A DNA stretch of 64,000 nt, from the NCBI GenBank assembly GCA_045617105.1, contig JAZLHW010000048.1, positions 1,574 to 65,573 of the forward strand, read 5' to 3'. Below, one piece after another: positions 9,489-18,570 of the stretch; the stretch's first letter is position 1; each line of letters starts with the position of its first letter. Source of the DNA: Selenomonadaceae bacterium (GTDB taxonomy: Bacteria; Bacillota; Negativicutes; Selenomonadales; Selenomonadaceae). The notes below the pieces were generated by a model that was given only the letters and a program-made list of their open reading frames with translations, searched no databases and had not been told where the DNA came from. Position numbers and translations under genes: made by a program.

Positions 9489-10898
9489 TCATTCCTCGAT
9501 TGCTTCTATCTCAAGAGAATCGATTCCCCAATGAAAAGAAAAATTGGTATTGATAAGTGTATTTTTTTCCTCTGTCCATTCTGCACGTGCAAAATGATAC
9601 AAGCTGATCTGACTCAAGGTTTCTGAGTAACCCCGCTTTACCTTTAAGTGAATCGTTTCATTCGTCCTGCCTTCCGAAACGGCAGCCTGCACACCGGCAA
9701 TGATCTCCTCCACATATAAATTTGTCCGATAGTATCCATACAGGCTCGTTGTCATCGTCACTGCCATATAGAGAACCGCAAGACCCATAAAGAACCTGCG
9801 GGCTTCCATGCGAATCTTAGCCCTCCAATCCGTCCACTCGACCATAGACATCACCGCAATTAACAAAAAACACGTGGAACCAAATGCTGACCGAAGAGGA
9901 AAGGACGGAGATAACACCATAATACTTACAGAAAACAAACTAAGAAACAGAAAAGCCTTCACATAGTTCACAAGCTTCTTGTTCTCTGCTGATTTTTCTC
10001 TCTTGAACCAAAAGACCCTCACGCTGTACCACAAAACAAACTGAAATCCCAGAATAATTGCCCATATCACGAAATTGCAGAACAATTCTTCTAAATTAAA
10101 CGGTCTGGCTTCCATCAACTTCCGAACAAAATTTCCGGGTGCCAGCATCATAAAAGCATAACCAATGCAAAGTCCCACCTCACCGCAAACCATCCATGCC
10201 TGCAATTTCTTTTCTCTATAAAGAAAATACCCATAAACGGCAAGCAGTAAAATCACAACAGAAACATTATTTTCATTAGTCCAGCCTGCTAAAATTCCAA
10301 AAATCATCATAAAAGGAGCTGCCTTTCGGGGCATTTTTCCTATGGAAAAGTAATCCCGGACATAAGGAAGCAAAAAAGTCAAAAGGACAGGAAACATCCA
10401 AAGGTAATTGCAGGAACCCGTCAGCCATAACATGCTCTCCGATAATTCCGGAGCACATGCCCAAATTCCAAAAAAAATCCAAGCCAAGCGTCCTGCTTTT
10501 AACTGAAATGTAATTCTTCCGCCTAAACTGAACCAATAAATTTCTAACATCAAAAAGACAAAAACAAGTGCATTCAAGAAATTAAACAGCCATTTTCCCT
10601 GCCACAGAAAAAACTGCACCAAAACATGTGCCGGAATCCTGCCGCCCCATGTAAAATAATGCGACCAAAGAGACTCAGCAATATCGGAAAAGCTGTCCAC
10701 CCTTTGTGCATTTTCCTTCAACGGATACTGTAGCATATTCCAGCCATCGGAACCATCCCAAATATACATGTAAACATAATCATCTGCATACAATGGAAAA
10801 AAAATATTTAAAAAATAAAAAAAAAGGAACACTAAAAAAAGAAAAAAAATTGACTTCCAGTAACTTTTTAAATAACTTGCCACGCAATATCCCCTCAA
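9489..10898 (-). CDS. Uncharacterised polytopic membrane protein, GT-C-like (paralogue 2 of 4)
   Basis: 469 aa. Motifs YADDY, FTWGGRI, TGSCNYLWM, GWTNEN, APGNFVR. Nearly identical to paralogue 3 along its whole length. Confidence 0.6.
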   Translation of the reverse strand: MRGYCVASYLKSYWKSIFFLFLVFLFFYFLNIFFPLYADDYVYMYIWDGSDGWNMLQYPLKENAQRVDSFSDIAESLWSHYFTWGGRIPAHVLVQFFLWQGKWLFNFLNALVFVFLMLEIYWFSLGGRITFQLKAGRLAWIFFGIWACAPELSESMLWLTGSCNYLWMFPVLLTFLLPYVRDYFSIGKMPRKAAPFMMIFGILAGWTNENNVSVVILLLAVYGYFLYREKKLQAWMVCGEVGLCIGYAFMMLAPGNFVRKLMEARPFNLEELFCNFVIWAIILGFQFVLWYSVRVFWFKREKSAENKKLVNYVKAFLFLSLFSVSIMVLSPSFPLRSAFGSTCFLLIAVMSMVEWTDWRAKIRMEARRFFMGLAVLYMAVTMTTSLYGYYRTNLYVEEIIAGVQAAVSEGRTNETIHLKVKRGYSETLSQISLYHFARAEWTEEKNTLINTNFSFHWGIDSLEIEAIEE

Positions 10899-10941
10899 AT
10901 TCTTATAAAATTATTTTCTACAGCATAGCATATCCCTATTT

Positions 10942-12351
10942 TCATTCCTCAATCGCTTCTACCTCAAAAGAATCAATGCCCCAATGAAAAGAAAAATTTT
11001 TATTGGTTCTTGTATTCTTCTTTTCCTCTGTCCATTCCATACATGCAAAATGATGCAAGCTAATCTGATGCAAAGTTTCTGAGTAACCACGCCTCACCTT
11101 TAGGTGAATCGTTTCCTTTGTCCTGCCTTCCGAAACAGCAGTCTGTATGCCAGAAATAATTTCTTCCATATATAAATGTGTCCGATAATACCCATACAAG
11201 GTTGTTGTCATCGTCACTGCCATATAGAGAATTGCAAGACCAGTAAAGAACCTGCGAGCCTCAATACGAACCTTTGTCCTCCAATCCGTCCACTCGACCA
11301 TAGACATCACAGCAATCAAAAGAAAAATCGTGGAGCCAAATGCCGACCTAAGAGGAAAGAACGGAGATAACACCATAATGCTCACAGAAAACAAACTAAG
11401 AAACAAAAAAGCTGTCACATAGTTCAAAAGTTTCTTGTTCTCTGCTGACTTTTCTCCCTTTGGCCAAAAGATTCGCACGCTGTACCACAAAACAAACTGA
11501 ATTCCAAGGATTATTGTCCATATCATAAAATGTATGCACAATTCCTCTAAATTAAAAGGTCTGGCATCCACCAGCTTCCGAGCAAAATTTCCGGGTGCCA
11601 GCAGCATAAAGGCGTAACCAATGCAAAGACCAATCTCACCGCAAACCATCCATGCCTGCAATTTCTTTTCCCGATAAAGAAAATATCCGTAAGCAGCAAG
11701 CAACAAAATCACGGCAGGAACGGTATTTTCATTGGTCCATCCTGCCAAAATTCCAAAAATCAGCATAAAGGGAGCTGCTTTTTCTGGCATTTTTCCTATG
11801 GAAAAGTAATCCCGAACATACGGAAGAAAAAAAGTCAAAAGGACAGGAAACATCCAGAGATAATTGCAAGAGCCTGTCAGCCATAAAATACTCTCTGATA
11901 TATCTGGACAGCATGCCCAAATCCCAAAAAAAATCCATGCCAAGCGCCCTGCTTTTAGCTGAAACGTGATTTTTCCACCTAAACTGAACCAATAAATCTC
12001 TAACATCAAAAAGACAAAGACAAGTGCATTCAAGAAATTAAACAGCCATTCTCCCTGCCACAAAAAAAACTGCACCAAAACATGTGCCGGAATCCTGCCG
12101 CCCCATGTAAAGTAATGCGACCAAAGAGAAGCAGCAATATCCGAAAAACTATCCACCCTTTGCGCATTTTCCTTCAGCGGCTGCATCATATTCCATCCAT
12201 CGGAACCATCCCAAACGTACATATAAACATAGTCATCCACACATAATGGAAAAAAAATATTTAAAAAATAAATAAACAGGAATACCAAAAAAAGAAAAAA
12301 AACTGGCTTCCAATAATTTTTTAAATAACTTACCACGCAATATCCCCTCAA
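10942..12351 (-). CDS. Uncharacterised polytopic membrane protein, GT-C-like (paralogue 3 of 4)
   Basis: 469 aa. Motifs CVDDY, FTWGGRI, TGSCNYLWM, GWTNEN, APGNFAR. Most residues are identical to paralogue 2. Confidence 0.6.
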   Translation of the reverse strand: MRGYCVVSYLKNYWKPVFFLFLVFLFIYFLNIFFPLCVDDYVYMYVWDGSDGWNMMQPLKENAQRVDSFSDIAASLWSHYFTWGGRIPAHVLVQFFLWQGEWLFNFLNALVFVFLMLEIYWFSLGGKITFQLKAGRLAWIFFGIWACCPDISESILWLTGSCNYLWMFPVLLTFFLPYVRDYFSIGKMPEKAAPFMLIFGILAGWTNENTVPAVILLLAAYGYFLYREKKLQAWMVCGEIGLCIGYAFMLLAPGNFARKLVDARPFNLEELCIHFMIWTIILGIQFVLWYSVRIFWPKGEKSAENKKLLNYVTAFLFLSLFSVSIMVLSPFFPLRSAFGSTIFLLIAVMSMVEWTDWRTKVRIEARRFFTGLAILYMAVTMTTTLYGYYRTHLYMEEIISGIQTAVSEGRTKETIHLKVRRGYSETLHQISLHHFACMEWTEEKKNTRTNKNFSFHWGIDSFEVEAIEE

Positions 12352-12373
12352 ATTCTTACAAATTCACATGACA

Positions 12374-13771
12374 CTATTTCCTGACACTTACGGAATCCAG
12401 TCCCCAAAATCTTGCATACGAAGTATTGTGCCAGTCCTCCTTGTCCTCGGAAAGCCTGATCTCTACAAGATGAAAACCACTGAGAATAACTGCATTGCAA
12501 GGCATTTCATAACTTCCGATGACCAGTTCCCGATTTTCCCCGCAAGCTGCCTGCAGAGCCTGCCTGTCCACCGCCTCCGTGTATGCATGAAGAATGCTCC
12601 CCCCATAAACAGAAAACGTCATAGTCAGAAACAAATAGCCCCCAGCCGCAAAATGAAGGAGCTTATGCACACTATCCCCGTGGATATTCCTTCCTGCCTC
12701 CTCCTGCACCTGCATGGAAACGGCAGCTGCCAGAATCAAGGAAATAACAGACGGGAAGGAGGAACGCAGAGGGAAAGACGGCGAAAGCAGCATAACAAAG
12801 AGGGAAAGCAAGCTGAACGCACAGCAAAGAAGCATATAATTTTTCCAAAGGCTCCACGAAGGAAGCGAAGAAAAAATTTTTCTCTGCCTCCAAAAGCCCA
12901 ACAAATAATGCCAAAGAAAAAATTCAAAAATAAAAACAACAGAAATATTGACCATGCCATGACGAAAAAGCTTCTCTCCAGTCATTGCCCCCATGGAAAG
13001 CTCAAAAAGATACCTCGCTTGGTTGCCGGGTGCCAGCATCATAAGCGAAAAGCCAAAAAGCATGCCAAGAACGCCACAAACCATCCACGCAGACAGCCTT
13101 CCCTGCTTCCTCATTTGATAGCAATATGCCGGCAAAAGCAGGACAAGCCAGCAAACCGTATTCTCATTTGTCCAGCCAGCCAAAATCCCAAGGAAAAACA
13201 TAAAAACAGCAAAGAGTTTTCCCATAGGCAAGGGCAATAAAAAATATGACCGCACATAAAAAGTCAAAAAGACAAAGAGCAAGACCAGCATCCAAAGATA
13301 ATTGCAGGAACCTGTCAGCCAAAGCGTTACCACGGAAAAATCCGGACAGAATGCCCAAACAGCAAAAAACAAAAACAAAAACCTTTCTGCCTTTAACTTC
13401 CAAGTAATTCTGCCTCCTAAGCTCATCCAATAAAGGAGAAGCAAAAGAAACATAAATATCGCCGTATTGAAAATATTGAACAGCCATTTTCCCTGCCATA
13501 GAAAAAACTGCACCAAGACATGTGCCGGAATCCTTCCTCCCCATGTGAAATAATGCGACCATTGCGAAATGAAAATATCGCCGAAACTCCCCACACGCCT
13601 TGCATTTTCCGGCAAATCAAGGTACATATTCCACCCATTTGCACCGTCCCAAAGGAAGGAATACACATAATCATCACCATAGGAAAGCGGAAAAAGACAA
13701 TTCATCAAAAAGATAAAAAGACAAGTACAAAAAAAAACGATCCTGAAATGATATATTTTTCTCACCCCCAT
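12374..13771 (-). CDS. Uncharacterised polytopic membrane protein, GT-C-like (paralogue 4 of 4)
   Basis: 465 aa. Motifs YGDDY, FTWGGRIPAHVLVQFFLWQGKW (shared verbatim with paralogues 2 and 3), TGSCNYLWM, GWTNEN, APGNQAR. Confidence 0.6.
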   Translation of the reverse strand: MGVRKIYHFRIVFFCTCLFIFLMNCLFPLSYGDDYVYSFLWDGANGWNMYLDLPENARRVGSFGDIFISQWSHYFTWGGRIPAHVLVQFFLWQGKWLFNIFNTAIFMFLLLLLYWMSLGGRITWKLKAERFLFLFFAVWAFCPDFSVVTLWLTGSCNYLWMLVLLFVFLTFYVRSYFLLPLPMGKLFAVFMFFLGILAGWTNENTVCWLVLLLPAYCYQMRKQGRLSAWMVCGVLGMLFGFSLMMLAPGNQARYLFELSMGAMTGEKLFRHGMVNISVVFIFEFFLWHYLLGFWRQRKIFSSLPSWSLWKNYMLLCCAFSLLSLFVMLLSPSFPLRSSFPSVISLILAAAVSMQVQEEAGRNIHGDSVHKLLHFAAGGYLFLTMTFSVYGGSILHAYTEAVDRQALQAACGENRELVIGSYEMPCNAVILSGFHLVEIRLSEDKEDWHNTSYARFWGLDSVSVRK

Positions 13772-13877
13772 TTTTCTAAAATGTCACTGCCTTCTCTTAT
13801 TTTATAATGCGATACAAGAATTGGCAAAGATATTTTCATTTGAATTCATGTTTTATTATTGCTACAATAAAACATAG

Positions 13878-15596
13878 ATGATTAAAAATAAAGGAGTCTT
13901 TCACTTGAAGCATTTTTTTTCTTCATTTTTTCAAAAAATCGAGCAGATCATCTTGCATAGTCCCATCTTTTTTTCTGCACTCATAATTACCAGCTTGGGT
14001 TCCTTTGGAATCTATGCGGAAAATAACCTTGATCCAACAAAAAATATTCCCCTTTGGTTGCTTTTAGAAGCAATTCAGCTCTCCTGCTTTATCATCCAAG
14101 CAATCTTCCTATGCTATCTGACGGAAAAGATTCCGCATAGGATAATTCGCCGCATATTGCAGTCATCTTTCGTGCTTTTTCAGCTCTTGATTTTTTTAAG
14201 TGACTTATTCCTTCTATACAAATATCGTTACACCTTAAATGATATTATGATCAATGAAATTCTAAGTGCCGATCCAGCGACCATAAACGAATTTTTGCTT
14301 TCCTATGTAGCAAATCCAACGGTTCTTCTGTTTATCATCAGCATAATTGTCCTTCTCATCGTCCTTATCGTGCTTTTCAATTATTTTATGCAAAAATACA
14401 TTAAAGTTATTGTTGCTTTAACGACTGTATTTTTTATTTCAGGAATCGCTATTTTTGCCTATATATCCTATCTTCCTCCCATACTCCTTTCCTCACTGAG
14501 AGTCCCGTACCAAGTACAGCTGTGCATACAAAACTTTGGAAATGAGAAAACCATCCCTTCCGCTCTGGATGAAAATCCAGAAGCTATCCTCCATAACAAC
14601 AGCGACATTCCCAATGTCGTCCTAGTTTTAGGAGAATCTGCCGACAGAAACCACATGCATTGCTATGGATATCCTTTGGAAAATACCCCGTTTTTAGACA
14701 ATTCTATTGCAAAGAGGGAAGCCTATCTCTTCACGGATACCATTTCCTGCGGAAACACGACCACAGATACCATGAAAATGATTTTTTCCTTTGCAGAAAA
14801 GGATATCTCTGACAAGCCTTGGTACCAGTATGCCAATCTCCTCGATATCCTAAAAAAAGCAGGATATCATACCACATGGATCTCCAACCAGTCAGAAGCC
14901 AGCATTTATGAAAACATGGACAAGATTCTCTCTGGGCGTGCAAACGATTCCTATTTCTCCGAATTTCACGATTGTTACGGAAAAAGCTTGACACGAGCCT
15001 ATGACGAAGTTCTTCTTCCCGTTCTCGACGGCTATATGAAATCCAATGAAGCCTACCAAAAGAATTTTTATGTCATTCATATCGAAGGTTCCCATGAAAT
15101 CTATAAGTTAAGATTCCCAGAGGAATTTGCTAGATTTACAGCAAATGATGAGCCTCCCTCCCAGCAGGAATGGCAGGAAATACAGGCAGACTACGACAAC
15201 TCCATTCTCTACACGGATAGCCTTCTCCGACAAATTACGGAACGCTTCCAGAATACGAACACTGTGATCCTATATCTCTCCGACCATGGAAGCGATGTTT
15301 GCAATGGAAACGACTTCTTTGGTCATTCCATGGAAGCAGAAGGCAGCCTCCACATGATAGAAGTTCCCCTTTTTATTTGGCTGTCTCCTCAGCTTCGTGA
15401 AACTCATCCCGAACTTTGCCATAAAATCGACATCGCCAGGGATCTTCCCTTCCGAACCGACAACACGATACATCTCCTCCTCGACCTCATGCAAATCGAA
15501 ACTACCTCCTTCCTTCCCGAAAAAAGCCCCCTTTCCCCTCGCTACGACACAAATGCAGAACGAATCTATAATGGAAAAGCATACAAGAAAAACTAA
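13878..15596 (+). CDS. Sulfatase-superfamily membrane transferase (phosphoethanolamine-transferase / EptA-CptA-like)
   Basis: 572 aa. N-terminal multi-TM region, then a periplasmic alkaline-phosphatase-fold domain: VVLVLGESADRNHMHCYGYP, CGNTTTDTMKMIFSF (nucleophile-Thr context) and YLSDHGSD. An alternative start is TTG 13905, with AAGGAG 8 nt upstream. Confidence 0.7.
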   Translation: MIKNKGVFHLKHFFSSFFQKIEQIILHSPIFFSALIITSLGSFGIYAENNLDPTKNIPLWLLLEAIQLSCFIIQAIFLCYLTEKIPHRIIRRILQSSFVLFQLLIFLSDLFLLYKYRYTLNDIMINEILSADPATINEFLLSYVANPTVLLFIISIIVLLIVLIVLFNYFMQKYIKVIVALTTVFFISGIAIFAYISYLPPILLSSLRVPYQVQLCIQNFGNEKTIPSALDENPEAILHNNSDIPNVVLVLGESADRNHMHCYGYPLENTPFLDNSIAKREAYLFTDTISCGNTTTDTMKMIFSFAEKDISDKPWYQYANLLDILKKAGYHTTWISNQSEASIYENMDKILSGRANDSYFSEFHDCYGKSLTRAYDEVLLPVLDGYMKSNEAYQKNFYVIHIEGSHEIYKLRFPEEFARFTANDEPPSQQEWQEIQADYDNSILYTDSLLRQITERFQNTNTVILYLSDHGSDVCNGNDFFGHSMEAEGSLHMIEVPLFIWLSPQLRETHPELCHKIDIARDLPFRTDNTIHLLLDLMQIETTSFLPEKSPLSPRYDTNAERIYNGKAYKKN

Positions 15597-15709
15597 CCTT
15601 TTATTGTACAAAGCTATCCTAGTCGATAAAATAAAGTTGATACATTTCAGAAAGTCTTTCTAGCAATTCCAAAAATCACTCAAAATAAAAACCAGTAAAG
15701 GAGTAACCA

Positions 15710-16837
15710 TTGATAATGGATACAAAGAGAAATTTTGGGTTGGACATGCTTCGCTCCATAGCCATTCTACTAGTTGTAATTTCCCATGCGAGGCACATAT
15801 TTCACAACGATGAACTTTGGCGATTGATTTTTTGCGGATATTATGGTGTAGAACTATTTTTCGTATTGAGCGGTTTCCTGATTGGCAGAATTCTCCTGCG
15901 AACCTTGGAAAAGGTAAGCGATGGGGCAACGATTCACCAAAAACTGTCGTCCCTGCGTTATTTTTGGATCCGTCGTTGGTTTCGGACATTGCCATTGTAC
16001 TGGCTGAGGCTGTGCTTTGATCATTTGCGATACTGTGGCCTGGGTCTCCTTGACGGCATACAGCAATTATATCTTGCTTTTTTCTACTTGCTGTTCCTGC
16101 AAAGCTACCAACCATTCGGTGTAATGGTTTTTCCGGAAGCATGGAGCCTGAGCGTAGAAGAATATTTTTACTTGCTCATACCTATCGCTCTTGTGATTAT
16201 GCTGTCCATACAAAAATCTACAGCAAAGAATATCATCTTCATGATTCTCGCCGTTCTCCTTGCCCGCATTCTCTATGTTGCCTTCACCGGCGCAGATAAT
16301 CTAAATTGGGATTGGGACGTGCGAAGAAATACCTTCCTGCGTCTGGATTCTCTGGGCATCGGTGTTTTGCTGGCTTATATCTACCTCTACAAGGAAAAAT
16401 GGTTTCATCATGCACATCAAAAAATGGCATTGCTTCTGGGAACAGCCTTTATTGCCGTCATTGCCTTCCTTTACTTTGGAGACAAAAGCTTCGTAGAAGG
16501 ATTTTTTGCAAAAACCATCATGTTTGACTTAGTTTCCATAGCTATGGGCTTGATTCTCTGCTATGCCTATCATATCACGACAAGCAATCATGTGATCCAT
16601 TGGACCTTCACGACAATAAGCAAGATTTCATACGCTGTTTACCTAATTCATTTTCCTATCTTCATGGCAGTTGCCGATTATACAGAGGAAGTGCCGTCCC
16701 TTTTTTCAAAATGTTTGCTTGCCCTTGCAGCCTGTGCCATTTCTTTTGTCTTGTCTTATGTAGTCCATAAATATTATGAATACCCCATGATGTGCCTGCG
16801 AGAACGCTTCCATAAAAAAGAAACCAAAAGTTGTTAA
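15710..16837 (+). CDS. Acyltransferase family 3 (OafA/YrhL-like O-acyltransferase)
   Basis: 375 aa with about 10 TM helices. The N-terminal signature is FGLDMLRSIAILLVVISHA...GVELFFVLSGFLI. AAGGAG lies upstream of TTG 15710; the alternative ATG is at 15716. Confidence 0.8.
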   Translation: MIMDTKRNFGLDMLRSIAILLVVISHARHIFHNDELWRLIFCGYYGVELFFVLSGFLIGRILLRTLEKVSDGATIHQKLSSLRYFWIRRWFRTLPLYWLRLCFDHLRYCGLGLLDGIQQLYLAFFYLLFLQSYQPFGVMVFPEAWSLSVEEYFYLLIPIALVIMLSIQKSTAKNIIFMILAVLLARILYVAFTGADNLNWDWDVRRNTFLRLDSLGIGVLLAYIYLYKEKWFHHAHQKMALLLGTAFIAVIAFLYFGDKSFVEGFFAKTIMFDLVSIAMGLILCYAYHITTSNHVIHWTFTTISKISYAVYLIHFPIFMAVADYTEEVPSLFSKCLLALAACAISFVLSYVVHKYYEYPMMCLRERFHKKETKSC

Positions 16838-16886
16838 AGCATAGTTCCCCCTTTCTCAAATCCATAAAAATTTAGGAAGTGATATT

Positions 16887-18554
16887 TTGAGTACAAACTA
16901 TAAAAACTACCTGCTTGCCGCCTTTTCCATCCTTTTTCCCCTATTTCTTATTCCTCATTGCGTGAATCCTGACTTTTGGTTTCTGTTAAATGACGGACGC
17001 TATGTCATGGAACACGGATTTCCCCACACAGAACCCTTTACCCTCCACGAAAATCTCCATTTCGTCATGCAGCAATGGCTGTCTGCTGTTATTTTTTGGA
17101 ATGTATGGCATTTCTTTGGAGAAAGCGGTATCTCTGTCTTGGTGGCTTTCGTTGGCTTGCTCACTCTCCTTGCCTTTTATCGGCTTTGCTTTTTGAGCAG
17201 CGAAAGAAATCACTTGGCAGCTTCTCTTGTCACAGTCTTGGCCGGCATTCTTGCCATTCACATCTTTTTCCACGTTCGTCCGCAAATTTTTTCCACATTT
17301 TTCCTGCTTCTCTCCGTCCTTTGCATGGAACAACACCAACAGACAGGAAACATGAAATATCTTTTCCCTCTTCCTGTTTTCTCTATCCTTCTTTCCAATC
17401 TTCATGCCGCCATTTGGCCAATGCTTCTCGTCTTTATGCTTCCCTTCCTTATGGCATCGCTCCCCTGCAATGTAATATCCAAGTTTTCCATCTCAGGAAA
17501 TCCTCGGTGCCTCAAGCCGCTCCTTTTCTCCGTTCCCCTGATCCTGCTCGCAGGACTTATCAATCCCTACGGCATAGAGGCAATTACCTATACCATGCAC
17601 TCCTACGGAATTGACGTTATCAATGAAAATATTGTCGAAATGTTCCCATTGAGTTTTGGGAATACAACTGGAAAGCTCTTTCTCCCCATTCTTGCTGCAA
17701 CGCTGATCCTCTGCACACGCGTCAAAATGAAGCTGCAATATCTGCTTCTGTCCATTGGCTGCATGTACATGGCAATGAAAACCTGCCGCAGCCTCTTCTT
17801 CTTTCTTATGATGGGAACACTTCCCTTTTCCTTTGCCCTATCCAAGTTCCGCCTGCCGGAGATCAAGAAGCAAGATACCACTCCTGCCGCACTTCGCCGC
17901 CATCTCCTTATGATCACAGGGCTTCTCGCCATTCTAGCCCTGCAATTATGGAAAAGCATGGAAGAAATCTCAAGTATCGATACCAAAATGCAGGTTCTCT
18001 TTGGAATCATTGCCATCGCAACACTGTTCCTTCTCCTTGTCCCATCTAAGAACCTTTCCTTCCTTTCCATGGAAAACCTTCGCAATAAAGCTGCTGTTCT
18101 CCTCGTTTCTCTTTCATTCCTTACTTTTCTCTCGGCAGGTCACAAAAGCGATACATCGCAATATCTTCCAGAAGGCAAGGAAGGCATAGACTACCTTGCC
18201 GCTCATTTTTCACCCGATGAAGTTCGTCTTTGGACAGATTTTGTAGAAGGCTCCTATGCAGGATTTGTTGGATTTCATCCATACATCGACAGCCGTGCCG
18301 AAGTATTCATCAAGTCTCTCAACCACCAAAAGGATATCCTGCAAGAATACTCCGACTTAACTAACGGATGGATCTATTACAAAGATTTTCTCGATTCCTA
18401 TCAATTCACTCACCTGCTGACCAAGAATGGGAGTTACATAGACAACTGCCTCCTGCACGACAGTGACTACGAGATCCTCTGCGAATACGATGCCCACTCA
18501 GAAGACGGCACTATAACTCACTGCCGCCTGTTTGCAAAAAAGTCCAAGGGATAA
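16887..18554 (+). CDS. Large polytopic membrane protein with C-terminal soluble domain (GT-C-like architecture, family not recognised)
   Basis: 555 aa with about 12 hydrophobic helices, followed by a ~130-aa hydrophilic C-terminus. TTG start with AGGAAG upstream. I recognise no diagnostic motif; the call rests on architecture and context only. Confidence 0.45.
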   Translation: MSTNYKNYLLAAFSILFPLFLIPHCVNPDFWFLLNDGRYVMEHGFPHTEPFTLHENLHFVMQQWLSAVIFWNVWHFFGESGISVLVAFVGLLTLLAFYRLCFLSSERNHLAASLVTVLAGILAIHIFFHVRPQIFSTFFLLLSVLCMEQHQQTGNMKYLFPLPVFSILLSNLHAAIWPMLLVFMLPFLMASLPCNVISKFSISGNPRCLKPLLFSVPLILLAGLINPYGIEAITYTMHSYGIDVINENIVEMFPLSFGNTTGKLFLPILAATLILCTRVKMKLQYLLLSIGCMYMAMKTCRSLFFFLMMGTLPFSFALSKFRLPEIKKQDTTPAALRRHLLMITGLLAILALQLWKSMEEISSIDTKMQVLFGIIAIATLFLLLVPSKNLSFLSMENLRNKAAVLLVSLSFLTFLSAGHKSDTSQYLPEGKEGIDYLAAHFSPDEVRLWTDFVEGSYAGFVGFHPYIDSRAEVFIKSLNHQKDILQEYSDLTNGWIYYKDFLDSYQFTHLLTKNGSYIDNCLLHDSDYEILCEYDAHSEDGTITHCRLFAKKSKG

Positions 18555-18570
18555 CCCCTTGGACTTTTTT
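18536..18570. terminator. Bidirectional intrinsic terminator shared by convergent genes
   Basis: AAAAA-AGTCCAAGGG-ataac-CCCTTGGACT-TTTTT. The stop codons of both convergent genes fall inside or at the edge of the hairpin. Confidence 0.75.

Noticed and set aside
12368-13240. 290-aa plus-strand ORF, extremely Lys/Arg/Pro-rich, opposite paralogue 4
   Set aside because: It is the antisense translation of a Phe/Leu-rich membrane gene (poly-T becomes poly-A, giving Lys runs), so it is a compositional artefact.
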